Source of the DNA: Blastocatellia bacterium
GTDB lineage: Bacteria; Acidobacteriota; Blastocatellia; UBA7656
NCBI GenBank assembly: GCA_963765495.1
Contig: CAVXWP010000007.1
Location: 704,001 to 768,000, forward strand
Length of the DNA: 64,000 bases
Reading direction: 5' to 3'
Shown here: positions 17,524-29,080 of the stretch, in pieces
How positions within the stretch are numbered: the first letter of the stretch is position 1
Layout: every line of letters begins with the position of its first letter
Position numbers and translations under genes: made by a program
Notes under the pieces: model-generated
The model's input: only the letters and a program-made list of their open reading frames with translations
Database searches by the model: none
Told to the model about the DNA's origin: nothing

Positions 17524-18159
17524 ATGCGAGAGGATTCCACAAAAGATGCGCGCGATGAGAAAAAAAGCGCAAAAACGGATCGCTCGAAGGTGTGGACGAC
17601 GGCAAACGCTCTGACGATGTTCAGGATATTTTTGACCTTGCCGTTTCTCTATTTTGTTCGCGAGGGGAGATTCGGGCTGGCACTCGGGGTCTTTTTTCTT
17701 GCGAGCATAACGGATTTCGCCGACGGGTATGTAGCCCGCAATTTCAATCAGCAATCGGCGCTCGGGCAAATGCTCGACCCGCTCGCGGATAAATTACTGA
17801 CTACTGCGGCTTTCATAATAATGGCCATCCCCCATAGAGGATTCCCCTCCATCCCCGTCTGGATGTCGGTCGCCGTCATCCTGCGAGATGTGCTGATTCT
17901 TCTGGGAACGCTGATGGTCTATTTGATGACCGGCTATAAAGAGTTCAAGCCGACCTTTTCAGGCAAAGTAAATACCTTCCTTGAACTTGGACTCATAGTC
18001 TTCTTTCTGGCCTTTCACACTACCGGAATGTTTATCTTTCTTTTGCCCCTATGTTATCTGATAGTCCTTGCCTCGGTGGTCGTATCCGGGGCCGGATACG
18101 TCAAACAGGGGATCGAAATCTTTCGAAAAACCCGAAACCAGATCCCTTCTAACCTCTAA
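17524..18159 (+). CDS. CDP-alcohol phosphatidyltransferase (PgsA/cardiolipin synthase-like)
   Basis: ANALTMFR, TDFADGYVAR...GQMLDPLADK signature. Confidence 0.92.
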   Translation: MREDSTKDARDEKKSAKTDRSKVWTTANALTMFRIFLTLPFLYFVREGRFGLALGVFFLASITDFADGYVARNFNQQSALGQMLDPLADKLLTTAAFIIMAIPHRGFPSIPVWMSVAVILRDVLILLGTLMVYLMTGYKEFKPTFSGKVNTFLELGLIVFFLAFHTTGMFIFLLPLCYLIVLASVVVSGAGYVKQGIEIFRKTRNQIPSNL

Positions 18160-18160
18160 A

Positions 18161-18242
18161 ATGATGCGTGATACAAGCAGGTTTGCAAGTTGTCTTTTAC
18201 AGATAACCTCCCTGAGAGACACGAATCACTGATCACGTATCA
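18161..18242. repeat. GCGTGAT-heptamer fold-back element, copy 2 (inverted)
   Basis: Core CAAGCAGGTTTGCAAGTTG is the reverse complement of the copy-1 core. Confidence 0.8.
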
Positions 18243-18269
18243 ATATTTGATGCCTTGTTTGATAAAAAA

Positions 18270-18299
18270 CTTGACAATAAGACGCTCAGATATTACTAT
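18270..18299 (+). promoter_or_regulatory. dnaK promoter with overlapping HAIR-like (HspR) site
   Basis: TTGACA-N17-TACTAT. CTTGACA-N7-GCTCAGA is an imperfect match to HAIR CTTGAGT-N7-ACTCAAG; hspR lies in the operon. Confidence 0.65.
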
Positions 18300-18314
18300 A
18301 AAACCGATCTTTAG

Positions 18315-20240
<1,926 letters not shown>

Positions 20241-20244
20241 GAGC

Positions 20245-20329
20245 CAGGGGTCGGGGGCCGGGGGCCGGTGAATCGGTTGCAATATGCGCCGTTTCCCCGC
20301 AGACCCCGACCCCCGACCCCCGACCCCTG
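20245..20329. repeat. Fold-back element of GGGG(T/C)CG heptamers, copy 2
   Basis: CAGGGGTCGGGGGCCGGGGGCCGG ... GACCCCGACCCCCGACCCCCGACCCCTG between dnaK and dnaJ. Confidence 0.88.
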
Positions 20330-20331
20330 TT

Positions 20332-21321
20332 ATGGCAAACACCGACTATTACAAACTGCTTGGAGTGTCGCGCAAGGCGAAGGCCGAAGATATAAAGAAG
20401 GCTTATCGCAGGCTTGCGCGCCGCTACCACCCTGATGTAAATCCGGGCGACACGGAATCCGAAGAGCAGTTTAAGCGCATTTCCGAAGCGTTTGAGGTGC
20501 TTTCGGACCCGAAAAAGCGCGAGATTTACGACCGCTACGGATATTATTCCGAACAGGCGGCGGGCGCGGGAGGCGGGGCAGGTGCCCCGTTTGATTTTTC
20601 GCGATTCGATGCCTCAAATTTTCGGGATGTATTCTCAGAGATCTTCAGCAATATCCGCTCGCAAACCACGCAGACCCGCACTCAGGCGGCGCGTGGAGCC
20701 GATATAGAATATCCGCTGGCCGTCTCTTTTGATGACGCGATGCATGGTCTGACCGCCACAGTCGAGGTTGCACGCAGCGAGCCTTGCGCGGTTTGCGGCG
20801 GCAAGGGCGATCTTTCCGGCAGCCTTTGCGGCGCTTGCAGAGGCTCAGGCGTGTATCCCAAACGCGAAACCCTTTCTGTGAAAATCCCGGCAGGCGTTGA
20901 TACGGGCTCGCGCATACGTGTTCCGGGTAAGGGGCAGGCCGGAGCGCACGGCGGCCCGGCGGGCGATCTTTTCATAATAACCAACGTGAGCGCGCACGCT
21001 TATTTCAAGCGTCAGGGCGATAACATTTATTGCACGGTTCCAATCACGGTTCCCGAAGCCGCGCTCGGAGCCAGAATCGAAGTCCCGACGGTGGACGGAA
21101 AAGCGCGGTTAAAGATACCGCCCGGCACTCAATCCGGGCAGAAGTTTCGATTGCGCGAGCGCGGCGCTTGGAGCCTGCGCGGCGGCGGCGTTCGCGGCGA
21201 CCAGTTTGTAGAAGTAAAGGTCACTTTGCCAAAGGTCATAAGCGAAGAGACCAAAGAACTGTTACAACGTTACGCCCGGTATAATCCTGAGAATCCGCGA
21301 GCCGAGATGGGGCTCGAGTAA
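20332..21321 (+). CDS. dnaJ: DnaJ family co-chaperone with shortened zinc finger
   Basis: DYYKLLGV...YHPDVN J-domain, G/F region, only two CxxCxGxG repeats, DnaJ C-terminal domain. Confidence 0.92.
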   Translation: MANTDYYKLLGVSRKAKAEDIKKAYRRLARRYHPDVNPGDTESEEQFKRISEAFEVLSDPKKREIYDRYGYYSEQAAGAGGGAGAPFDFSRFDASNFRDVFSEIFSNIRSQTTQTRTQAARGADIEYPLAVSFDDAMHGLTATVEVARSEPCAVCGGKGDLSGSLCGACRGSGVYPKRETLSVKIPAGVDTGSRIRVPGKGQAGAHGGPAGDLFIITNVSAHAYFKRQGDNIYCTVPITVPEAALGARIEVPTVDGKARLKIPPGTQSGQKFRLRERGAWSLRGGGVRGDQFVEVKVTLPKVISEETKELLQRYARYNPENPRAEMGLE

Positions 21322-21341
21322 GAGCGGACGGACGGTAGATT

Positions 21342-21629
21342 ATGGGACAGTTGATCCCGTGGCTGGTTGTTTTTGCTTTGATAGGATTCGCGTTATGGGC
21401 GCTCATTCGTGAAAATAATGCCAAACGCCGCCGGTCGGTTGACGAATTTGAGCGCGATGTTGCCAGGGCGAAAAAATCTTTGTTGCGCGGAGGGCTGCTG
21501 GCGCTTGATATGTTCTTTAACGAACGGCAAAAACGCGCCGCGATAGAGTACCGAATGGATGAGGAAGCCGGAAGGACAAAGACAGGCGGTAAGGATGACG
21601 ACCGAGATCGAACCAGTGTTCAGGAATAA
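21342..21629 (+). CDS. Small single-pass membrane hypothetical protein
   Basis: N-terminal TM helix; stop overlaps the hspR start (TAATG). Confidence 0.65.
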   Translation: MGQLIPWLVVFALIGFALWALIRENNAKRRRSVDEFERDVARAKKSLLRGGLLALDMFFNERQKRAAIEYRMDEEAGRTKTGGKDDDRDRTSVQE

Positions 21630-22021
21630 TGGTTAAGAGTAAAAAGGCAAAAAAATATACTATAAGCGTAGTGGCCGAACAGTACGACGTCCACCCGCAG
21701 ACGCTTCGCCTGTACGAGCGTGAAGGGTTGATAAAGCCCGCGCGTTCGGCCAAAGGTACGCGCTATTACACCGAAGAAAACATCGAGCGGCTTGAGTTGA
21801 TACTAAACCTCACGCGCGATCTGGGCGTAAATCTGGCCGGGGTTGAGATCATACTCAACATGCGCGAACGGATGAATCAGATGCAGCGCGAATTCGAAAA
21901 CTTCCTTCAATACGTCCGCGATAACATAGAAGAAGAGATATTCGGCAAAGACGAGCGAGCAAAAAACGCTCTTGTACCGCGCCGTCGAATCGACCTGATC
22001 ATGAAGAACAGTAGGCAGTAG
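21629..22021 (+). CDS. hspR: MerR-family heat-shock repressor HspR
   Basis: YTISVVAEQYDVHPQTLRLYEREGLIKPAR...LGVNLAGV; located in the dnaK-dnaJ operon. Confidence 0.9.
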   Translation: MVKSKKAKKYTISVVAEQYDVHPQTLRLYEREGLIKPARSAKGTRYYTEENIERLELILNLTRDLGVNLAGVEIILNMRERMNQMQREFENFLQYVRDNIEEEIFGKDERAKNALVPRRRIDLIMKNSRQ

Positions 22022-22179
22022 GCAGTAAGCAGTAGGCAGTTATTTTGAAGCCAAGAACTAATCCGCGTAAATCCGCCCAATCCGCGTCATCCGTGGCCTA
22101 TTCCCAATGTTCTAATTTGGCATTTGGATAGAGAGCGATGTGTTCCCTTAAAAACTGCCTACTGCCTACCGCTTACTGC
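22009..22179. repeat. CAGTAGG-heptamer fold-back element with nested half-copy of the AATAGGCC family
   Basis: (CAGTAGG)x4 at 22009-22040, (ACTGCCT)n at 22154-22179, internal ATCCGCG...ATCCGTGGCCTATT at 22060-22102. Confidence 0.85.
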
Positions 22180-22268
22180 ATTATTCCCCACTCGTTTGGC
22201 GTCTATCTCATTAGTGAAATTCTACTAAACCCCAGGTAAATCCCAATCAGTTTTATCGGAGGTGTCTT

Positions 22269-25200
22269 ATGACGCCTGTCTCTCTATTCTGCAAATCTGT
22301 GTTCCTCTTTTGTGTCTCCCTCACTTGCTTCGGATCTGCTGTTCCCACCCATTCAGATGATCTGGATAATATCGTCTTTGAAGGCGCAGTCCGCGACGGC
22401 AACGGCTCGGTGATCGAACAGGCCGTGGTCCTTGCCCGTCACCTTACCACAGGCATCGAGCGTTCATCCGTCACTGATGCGGAAGGCCGCTATCGTATAG
22501 TCGTGACAGAACCCGGCAATTACAGGTTGAAGGTCACAGCCGATGGGTTCACACAAAAAGAAAGCTCCGATATCGCTGTCACGACCGGGCGCTCCGTTTC
22601 AATAAATTTCACACTCGCGCCGTCCGGGGTCAGCGAGCAGGTTACGGTAGAGGCTTCCACCGCCGCTTTGATTGATACTACTCGCACGGTCGTCGGCGAT
22701 ACCGTAACAAGGGCCGAGATTGATTCCTTGCCGCTAATAAATCGCGACCCTCTCGATCTGGTTTTTCTGCTTGGAGGGGTGAGTGAAGCGCCTCTGTCCA
22801 CATCGAATCTGGCCGATGAGGGCCGGGGAGTCTTTCTTCGCAACGCGCCAGAAGAAGCAGGGATATTTTCGCTTACTGGAGCGCCCGCCACGTCCAATAA
22901 CATCACCATTGATGGGCTTGATAACAACGACGACCGCGCCGCGCGTGAAAGGATTCCGCTCGATCCCGAGACTATCGCCGAAGTTCAAATCATTACAAAT
23001 CAGTACGCGGCAGAATACGGACGCGCTTCCGGGGGCCGTATAAACATAAGAACGCGGGGAGGCGCAAATCGCTATCGTGGCGAATCGCTGATGTTTTTTG
23101 CAGACGAATCGCTGAACGCCAATACCTATTTTCGAAATGCCCGAGGGTTTGGGCGTGTGCCTCAACAGAGGCTCAGAGAGAGCTTGAATTTTTCGGGCCC
23201 TCTCAAAAGAGATAAACATTTCTTCTTTGCAAACTTCGAGCGGCTCGACGTGAGCGACTTTACCGAAATCCGAACCTTTGTGCCTGTCGAAAGCAATCCT
23301 CTCTTCCCGCTGCCTTCGCCCAATCATCCGATTGAGCCGGGCAGTCTCGTGGGACTCCTTGATTACGCTATATCGACGCCGGAAACCAGAAATCTCGTCG
23401 GCGTGCGTACTGATTTCAACTTCGATCAATCTCATAACGCTACGATCAGGTTTGACATACTTCGCGGCGCAAATCTTAGAGGCTTTCCCGGCGGGTCACG
23501 GCTTGCAGAAACCGCGCTTGTGCAAGGGAGAGATTCCGATTCAATCGGTGCAAGCGACAACCTGATACTTTCAAGCAGGTTGATAAATCAGGCTAGGTTT
23601 CAGTTTTCAAGACTGCTTCCGCGCGTTAGCGCCGACAGTGATCTGGTAGGAGTCGTGATCGAAGAACCGAGTCGTATCGTCGCGGGCTCGTTCACCGGCA
23701 GCGCCTCTTCGCCCGGTTTCGCGAGAGAAGAGAAGCGAATTCAATTGCAGGATACCCTCTCGATTACGAGCGGCGCTCATCAGGTAAAGACGGGGGGAGA
23801 TATTCAGTTGTTGCGAGCTACTTTCACGGACCTGTTTGCCACAGGAGGCGAATTCACATTTGAGACGCTTGACGATTTTCTGGTCAACCGCCCCGCTCGA
23901 TTCAGGCAGAGATTCGATACCGAAAGCCGTCAAAAGAATAACGTCATCGGGCTATTTGTTCAGGATGAGTGGCGCGTGAGACCTGATCTGACTGTTTCAC
24001 TCGGCATTCGCTGGGATGATGAGACGATATTAAATGACCGTGACAACCTCAGTCCGCGCATCGGCATAGCCTGGGACCCGCTTGGTGGCAAACTCGCGGG
24101 AAACCGGGCGGGGAAGACGGTCTTGCGCGCAGGTCTTGGATTGTTTTACAACCGCGCTCTGCTCAGAACCCTGGACGATTTTTCGCTTGGCAAAACGTCT
24201 GTCCTGATTGATTCCGATATTACGCCCGCACTCTTGCCCGACGTCGATTTTCCCGAACCCGTCACGAACCGCGCTCTTGTCGAAGAGTTTGGTATAAGGG
24301 AGACCTCATTCCTGCGCCGCGTGAGCCCTGACATTGAAATTCCTTACACTCTGCAATCCGGGTTTGGCTTCGAGCGCCAACTAAAGGGCCGAGTGGTCGT
24401 CACCGCTGATTATATCTTTACCCGTGGCGCGCACCTCTGGAGAGAGAGCAACATCAACGCTCCGGTGCTGCCCGCCGGGTTCGAGAGTTTTACCGAATAC
24501 TTACTCGGCCGTGATTTTGATAATCGAAGAGATGTAAATGGTCGCCGACCTGTTTCGGGCGCGAATGCCGATGTAGTCCGTTTCGACCTCGGCGCAAGTA
24601 CCTCAACTACGCCCGGGTCAATTCGCACCGTGAATGGAGTGCGATTGCTGACGCTCGGGTTGAACGTGCCGCGCTCATCGAATATCGCGGCCGCGCTCAA
24701 CGCGATTCGTTTCCTGCGACCCGACCCGACGCTCACTCAGGTGGAGTTGCTCGAAGCTACCGGCAACTCCTTTTATCACGGCAGCATTTTTGCCGTGAGA
24801 GGCGCGATGGGGCATCTGGCCCGGTTTCGTGCCTCCTACACGTTGTCAAAGCTCATTGACGAAGGGACCACGAACACGGCATCGCCACAGGACCTATCAG
24901 ACCGGCGAGCGGAACGCGCTTTATCGCTTCAGGACCAGCGCCATAGATTTACCGTCAGCGGCTCTCTTCAAATCCCTCTGATGAGAGTCGAGCTTGCGCC
25001 GGTCGTATCGTTCGGATCGTCGAAGCCGTTCAACATAGGCTCAGGAGTAGACCGAAACCTCAACGATATTCAAAATGACCGGCCCAACTTTATCTCTGCA
25101 ATCAGTCCTCCGCTATGGAGACGTCCGGGAAGTGAAACGGCTGAGGATGTGAAATCTGCGCTTATACTCGCGCCAATCGGGACGAGCGGAAACCTGCCGC

Positions 25201-25433
25201 GCAACTATGGTCGAGGCCCCGGCACGCGAGCCATAGACTTGAGAGCTTCCAGGACATTTTCTCTCGGCGAGCGGTTCAAGTTTCGCCCCGCGATAGATGT
25301 TTTCAATCTGTTCAACAATACGATTTTCAGTTACGGGTCTGAATTTATAGACCGTGACGATCAGGATTTTTTGATCCCGCGACGCACGCAACGCCCGAGG
25401 ACGATTCAACTCAATATAAAGGTTTCTTTCTGA
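22269..25433 (+). CDS. TonB-dependent receptor (Oar-like) with carboxypeptidase regulatory-like N-domain
   Basis: GGAGG RBS, signal peptide, TDAEGRY, NNITIDGLDNND, AEYGRASGG, FVQDEWRV, C-terminal RTIQLNIKVSF. Confidence 0.92.
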   Translation: MTPVSLFCKSVFLFCVSLTCFGSAVPTHSDDLDNIVFEGAVRDGNGSVIEQAVVLARHLTTGIERSSVTDAEGRYRIVVTEPGNYRLKVTADGFTQKESSDIAVTTGRSVSINFTLAPSGVSEQVTVEASTAALIDTTRTVVGDTVTRAEIDSLPLINRDPLDLVFLLGGVSEAPLSTSNLADEGRGVFLRNAPEEAGIFSLTGAPATSNNITIDGLDNNDDRAARERIPLDPETIAEVQIITNQYAAEYGRASGGRINIRTRGGANRYRGESLMFFADESLNANTYFRNARGFGRVPQQRLRESLNFSGPLKRDKHFFFANFERLDVSDFTEIRTFVPVESNPLFPLPSPNHPIEPGSLVGLLDYAISTPETRNLVGVRTDFNFDQSHNATIRFDILRGANLRGFPGGSRLAETALVQGRDSDSIGASDNLILSSRLINQARFQFSRLLPRVSADSDLVGVVIEEPSRIVAGSFTGSASSPGFAREEKRIQLQDTLSITSGAHQVKTGGDIQLLRATFTDLFATGGEFTFETLDDFLVNRPARFRQRFDTESRQKNNVIGLFVQDEWRVRPDLTVSLGIRWDDETILNDRDNLSPRIGIAWDPLGGKLAGNRAGKTVLRAGLGLFYNRALLRTLDDFSLGKTSVLIDSDITPALLPDVDFPEPVTNRALVEEFGIRETSFLRRVSPDIEIPYTLQSGFGFERQLKGRVVVTADYIFTRGAHLWRESNINAPVLPAGFESFTEYLLGRDFDNRRDVNGRRPVSGANADVVRFDLGASTSTTPGSIRTVNGVRLLTLGLNVPRSSNIAAALNAIRFLRPDPTLTQVELLEATGNSFYHGSIFAVRGAMGHLARFRASYTLSKLIDEGTTNTASPQDLSDRRAERALSLQDQRHRFTVSGSLQIPLMRVELAPVVSFGSSKPFNIGSGVDRNLNDIQNDRPNFISAISPPLWRRPGSETAEDVKSALILAPIGTSGNLPRNYGRGPGTRAIDLRASRTFSLGERFKFRPAIDVFNLFNNTIFSYGSEFIDRDDQDFLIPRRTQRPRTIQLNIKVSF

Positions 25434-25451
25434 ATTTGCCTACCCAGGATG

Positions 25452-25577
25452 GCGTGATGCGTTCACGTGATGCGTGATCCGTGATCCGTGACTCTTGAGT
25501 AGGACGCCTGTCAAAGTGAACTTACACATCAGGTGAATCACACATCAGGTGAATCACGAATCACGGATCACTCATCA
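25452..25577. repeat. GCGTGAT-heptamer fold-back element, copy 3
   Basis: Arms plus core ACTCTTGAGTAGGACGCCTGTCAAAG; internal 16-nt duplication CACATCAGGTGAATCA. Confidence 0.85.
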
Positions 25578-27245
25578 GACTGGCAATTTCTGTTTTTGCA
25601 AATCCTGCGGTTTCTCGGCGGGTTTCGCAGGAGGAGGAGCCCAGGTATTACGAAATTCCAATCGCTTCCGGCATTTCTCAAGCCCTGTTTCTATGCGGAA
25701 GCCGAGCGGGCCTTGCGGGTCGAGGGCCTTACCCATCTCAAAGAGCGTCAGCGCCCGCTTGTTATCGTGAACGGCAAGCGCCGCCTCGCCCCCCTGCACG
25801 CACGCCCGCGTGGCCAATTTGTTATCGGGATATGCCTTTGCCAGTCGCTCATATTCCACCGCCGCTTCTCGATTCATCTCCGCTTCAAGCAGATAATCAC
25901 AGATCGTAAGCCAGTCCTGTATGGCAATACGCGGCGCGATCTGGTCATCGGGGAAGGCAGACAATAGATTGTCGTATGAGTAAAGCGCGGCCTCTTTATC
26001 GTTGTTCGCCAGATGATGACGGATGAGGCGACCATACATCGCGTTGAGCTGATCCAGGTTCATCGTTCGCTGATAAACCTGGATCAGTGCAAGTATTGTG
26101 TCGGGGTCGTTGGGGAATTTGATGATATGGGCCTTGAGCTTGCGCTCCGCCAGTTCGATATCGCCCTTGTCGAGCAGGTCCAGCGCCTGCGTGACAACGG
26201 GTGCTGCCGCAAACGAAACCTTGGCCTCTATTTTGGGATTGATATATAACTCTTCGGCCTTTGACCCCTTCATCATCAGGGCAAAGGCTACGCCGAAGAG
26301 AAACCCCGCTATGTGCGCCGAATAAGCCACTCCCGATACAAGCCCCGCCTTGTTGAAAAACCACCAGGGCAATACCTGACAGATGAAATAGAAGGGTAAA
26401 AAGATATAGGCAGCGATGTTTATTACGCCGAAGGGTTTCTTGCCGAATATCAGAAAGAGCATGCCAAGAGGCATAGTTACCCAGGCGATCTTCACCTTGG
26501 TGTTGTAGAGGCGGATCAGGAAAGCGCCCATCGTGCCCGATATTGCCCCCGATGCGCCGACCATAGGCAACGGTCCCGGATGGATGAGGTCGGGGATACA
26601 GGCAGCAACGCCGGCCAGCAGATAAAAGGCCAGGAAGGGGCCTCTTCCCCACAGGTCTTCAAGGCTGAAGCCAACGGCGAAAAAGAAGATCAAATTGCCG
26701 AATAAATGCAGCGTGCTGCCGTGTAAGAACATGGCCGTTAAAAGCTGGTACACTTTCCACTCGCCGTTCGGAGCAAGGCCATAGCGATAATAGAGGTTTG
26801 ATTCGGCGGCTTCTTTGTATTCTTTGATGATCTTATCGAATTCATTTCGTAATTTGGTTGCTTCGGCCCCCCTCAGCCAAGAGTCATACTGGCTCTTTAG
26901 GTCCGGGTCGGCGTTTAGTTGTTTCTCATAGGATTCGCTGTCATCCTTGCTGAACAACCCCACCTCTTCCAGCTTTTCGCGTATCTTTTCATCGGCAAGC
27001 ATGTGCTGGTTCTGATCAAGATACTCGGCTATATGATCTCTGGCTTTCATCAGCCGTTGTTCCTGGTCTACGGTGGAGGGAAGGGTCACATAGTAGATGA
27101 CGACGCAGGCTGCCATGATGCCAAAAGTCACCCAGGGCAATCTTCTTACAGTTGACCTCTCATTGCCTATAGGAATGAGTGTGAAGAGCGCCTGGATCGC
27201 CAGGACGATGGCCAGTGCTATGTAGAAAAGCACGATCAGTAACAT
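25575..27245 (-). CDS. Rhomboid family intramembrane serine protease with C-terminal TPR-like domain
   Basis: AMFLHGSTLHLFGN, GASGA (catalytic Ser), AHIAG (catalytic His); helical C-terminus. Confidence 0.9.
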   Translation of the reverse strand: MLLIVLFYIALAIVLAIQALFTLIPIGNERSTVRRLPWVTFGIMAACVVIYYVTLPSTVDQEQRLMKARDHIAEYLDQNQHMLADEKIREKLEEVGLFSKDDSESYEKQLNADPDLKSQYDSWLRGAEATKLRNEFDKIIKEYKEAAESNLYYRYGLAPNGEWKVYQLLTAMFLHGSTLHLFGNLIFFFAVGFSLEDLWGRGPFLAFYLLAGVAACIPDLIHPGPLPMVGASGAISGTMGAFLIRLYNTKVKIAWVTMPLGMLFLIFGKKPFGVINIAAYIFLPFYFICQVLPWWFFNKAGLVSGVAYSAHIAGFLFGVAFALMMKGSKAEELYINPKIEAKVSFAAAPVVTQALDLLDKGDIELAERKLKAHIIKFPNDPDTILALIQVYQRTMNLDQLNAMYGRLIRHHLANNDKEAALYSYDNLLSAFPDDQIAPRIAIQDWLTICDYLLEAEMNREAAVEYERLAKAYPDNKLATRACVQGGEAALAVHDNKRALTLFEMGKALDPQGPLGFRIETGLEKCRKRLEFRNTWAPPPAKPAEKPQDLQKQKLPV

Positions 27246-27374
27246 AAAGCTGACCTCTGGGGTTTGGCTGTGAACTTGAGGGGCAGGATGCCGATCTAAA
27301 GGCTATAAGGATTGGAGAGCGCCTTTAAAGTCAGGTGGATAATAACAAAACGCTATCAGAGGAGCAATAGTATT

Positions 27375-27477
27375 GTGATGCGTGATGCGTGATGCGTGAC
27401 TCTTGAGTAAGCCGCCTGTTAAAGCGAATTTATAAATCAGGTAAATCACGGATCACGCATCACGCATCACTAATCAC
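27375..27477. repeat. GCGTGAT-heptamer fold-back element, copy 4
   Basis: Core ACTCTTGAGTAAGCCGCCTGTTAAAG, closely matching copy 3. Confidence 0.88.
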
Positions 27478-28715
27478 TCTTCAATTGCATTCTTGGATTT
27501 GGCCACAATAGAGGTGGGTATGCGTATGACGTGCTTGCCCGGAGGCGTCATCCCGCGCTGAAGCTCGGGGTTCATCTCCATCAACGTGCCGTAAGAGAGG
27601 TTGAGTTTTTTGCCGAGTGCGCGCAGATCGGTTTGCGCCGCGATGGTGCGCGTCTCATATTTGTAAGGATAGGCTTCGGGTAGCTCGAAGCCGTACTTCT
27701 CCGGGTTTTTCGCTATAGTTACGACGGCCAGAATCGCAGGTACGTAATTGCGCGTCTCTTGCGCTATGGTTCCGCTGCGATGAATCTGCCAGAAATCGCG
27801 GCTGTGGGTTCGAGCTATGGCCGAATCGATATTGCCCTCGCCCGTATTGTAAGCCGCAAGCGCCAGCATCCAGTCCCCGTTATAGCGAGTGGCCAGCCAC
27901 TTCAGATACTTTGCGGCGGCGCGGGTCGATTTTTCCGGGTTCGAGCGTTCATCAATCCAGTAGTTCTGCGCAAGCCCGAATCTGGAGCCGGTCGAAGATA
28001 TGAATTGCCAGATGCCTCTTGCCCCGGCCCACGATTGCGCGTAAGGGTTCCAGCCCGATTCTACCTGTGCCAGCCAGACCAGGTCCGTAGGCACGCCCTC
28101 TTCCTTAAAGACGCGCTCGGCCATCCGGCGGAATCGGGCAGAGCGTTGCAGACCCGCCTCCATCGTTACGCGCCCGCGCCCCTTTGTGAAATAACTTATA
28201 AACTGATTGACCGGGTGGCCCGCCGTAAATTTGAAATTGAATCGTGCTTCCGCAATCTCATCCGCATCGTCGCCCGTCTCTTCCAGATCAGCGTCCGATA
28301 GCGACGCGATCTTGTCGAGCGGCGAAGGCTCGTAACGTTGCTCGCTGAAGCCGCCGTCTTTTTGTTCGAGCGCGGCAATTTGATAGCGGTTGATTCTTTC
28401 GATCAATTCGCGATAGTAGACTCGCAGGCGGTCGTCGCTTCTGACATCTATCGAGGCTACAAAAATAATATCTACCGCGCGGTCGAATTCCTGCCGGGCC
28501 AGATCGTATTCGTTTCTATCGTATGATTGCTCACCCTGCTTGTAATGCCTTTCGGCCTCGTTGATGATCTGAGTGATTTCCGATTGTTTGATGCCAAGAG
28601 CAGAACTGTTGTCATCCGGGCCGTACGCATAGGCTGCGCCGCCCGGAAGGGATGCGGCGAAAACGGCCAAAAGAACCGCATTTATCACTGAAATCTTTAT
28701 GCTTCGTTTCCTCAT
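27474..28715 (-). CDS. MltD-like lytic murein transglycosylase
   Basis: Signal peptide from MRKRSIKIS; AQVESGWNP, GIWQF, ALAAYNTGEG, ETRNYVP; LysM-like C-terminus. Confidence 0.88.
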   Translation of the reverse strand: MRKRSIKISVINAVLLAVFAASLPGGAAYAYGPDDNSSALGIKQSEITQIINEAERHYKQGEQSYDRNEYDLARQEFDRAVDIIFVASIDVRSDDRLRVYYRELIERINRYQIAALEQKDGGFSEQRYEPSPLDKIASLSDADLEETGDDADEIAEARFNFKFTAGHPVNQFISYFTKGRGRVTMEAGLQRSARFRRMAERVFKEEGVPTDLVWLAQVESGWNPYAQSWAGARGIWQFISSTGSRFGLAQNYWIDERSNPEKSTRAAAKYLKWLATRYNGDWMLALAAYNTGEGNIDSAIARTHSRDFWQIHRSGTIAQETRNYVPAILAVVTIAKNPEKYGFELPEAYPYKYETRTIAAQTDLRALGKKLNLSYGTLMEMNPELQRGMTPPGKHVIRIPTSIVAKSKNAIEE

Positions 28716-29080
28716 TGATTCGTATCTGCCCTTAAGACTCACTCAGGTCAAAACGCCTGTAGGGGGTATTAAGTTCGACTTTTATTATACCTGATCCCTC
28801 CGATAGGTCAGCAGTATAATTCCCAAAACAACAATTTCGCAACAGCAGACCTTGCCCCGAACGGCGAACGGCTGCAAATTTATTCTGTGTTTTTTTCGCG
28901 AAAAAGTGACATTATATATAAGGCGGAATATATAGGGCGGAAACTTCAAGAGAGCAGGGGATTAGCTTGATTGCGGCCCTTTGTGGACGACCCCCCGACA
29001 ATTTGACAGGGAGAGAGGCAAAATCGCGGTTTGCAGATTCAAACTATCCGTGGCTTATGCTATTCTAATTCACCGTTTAT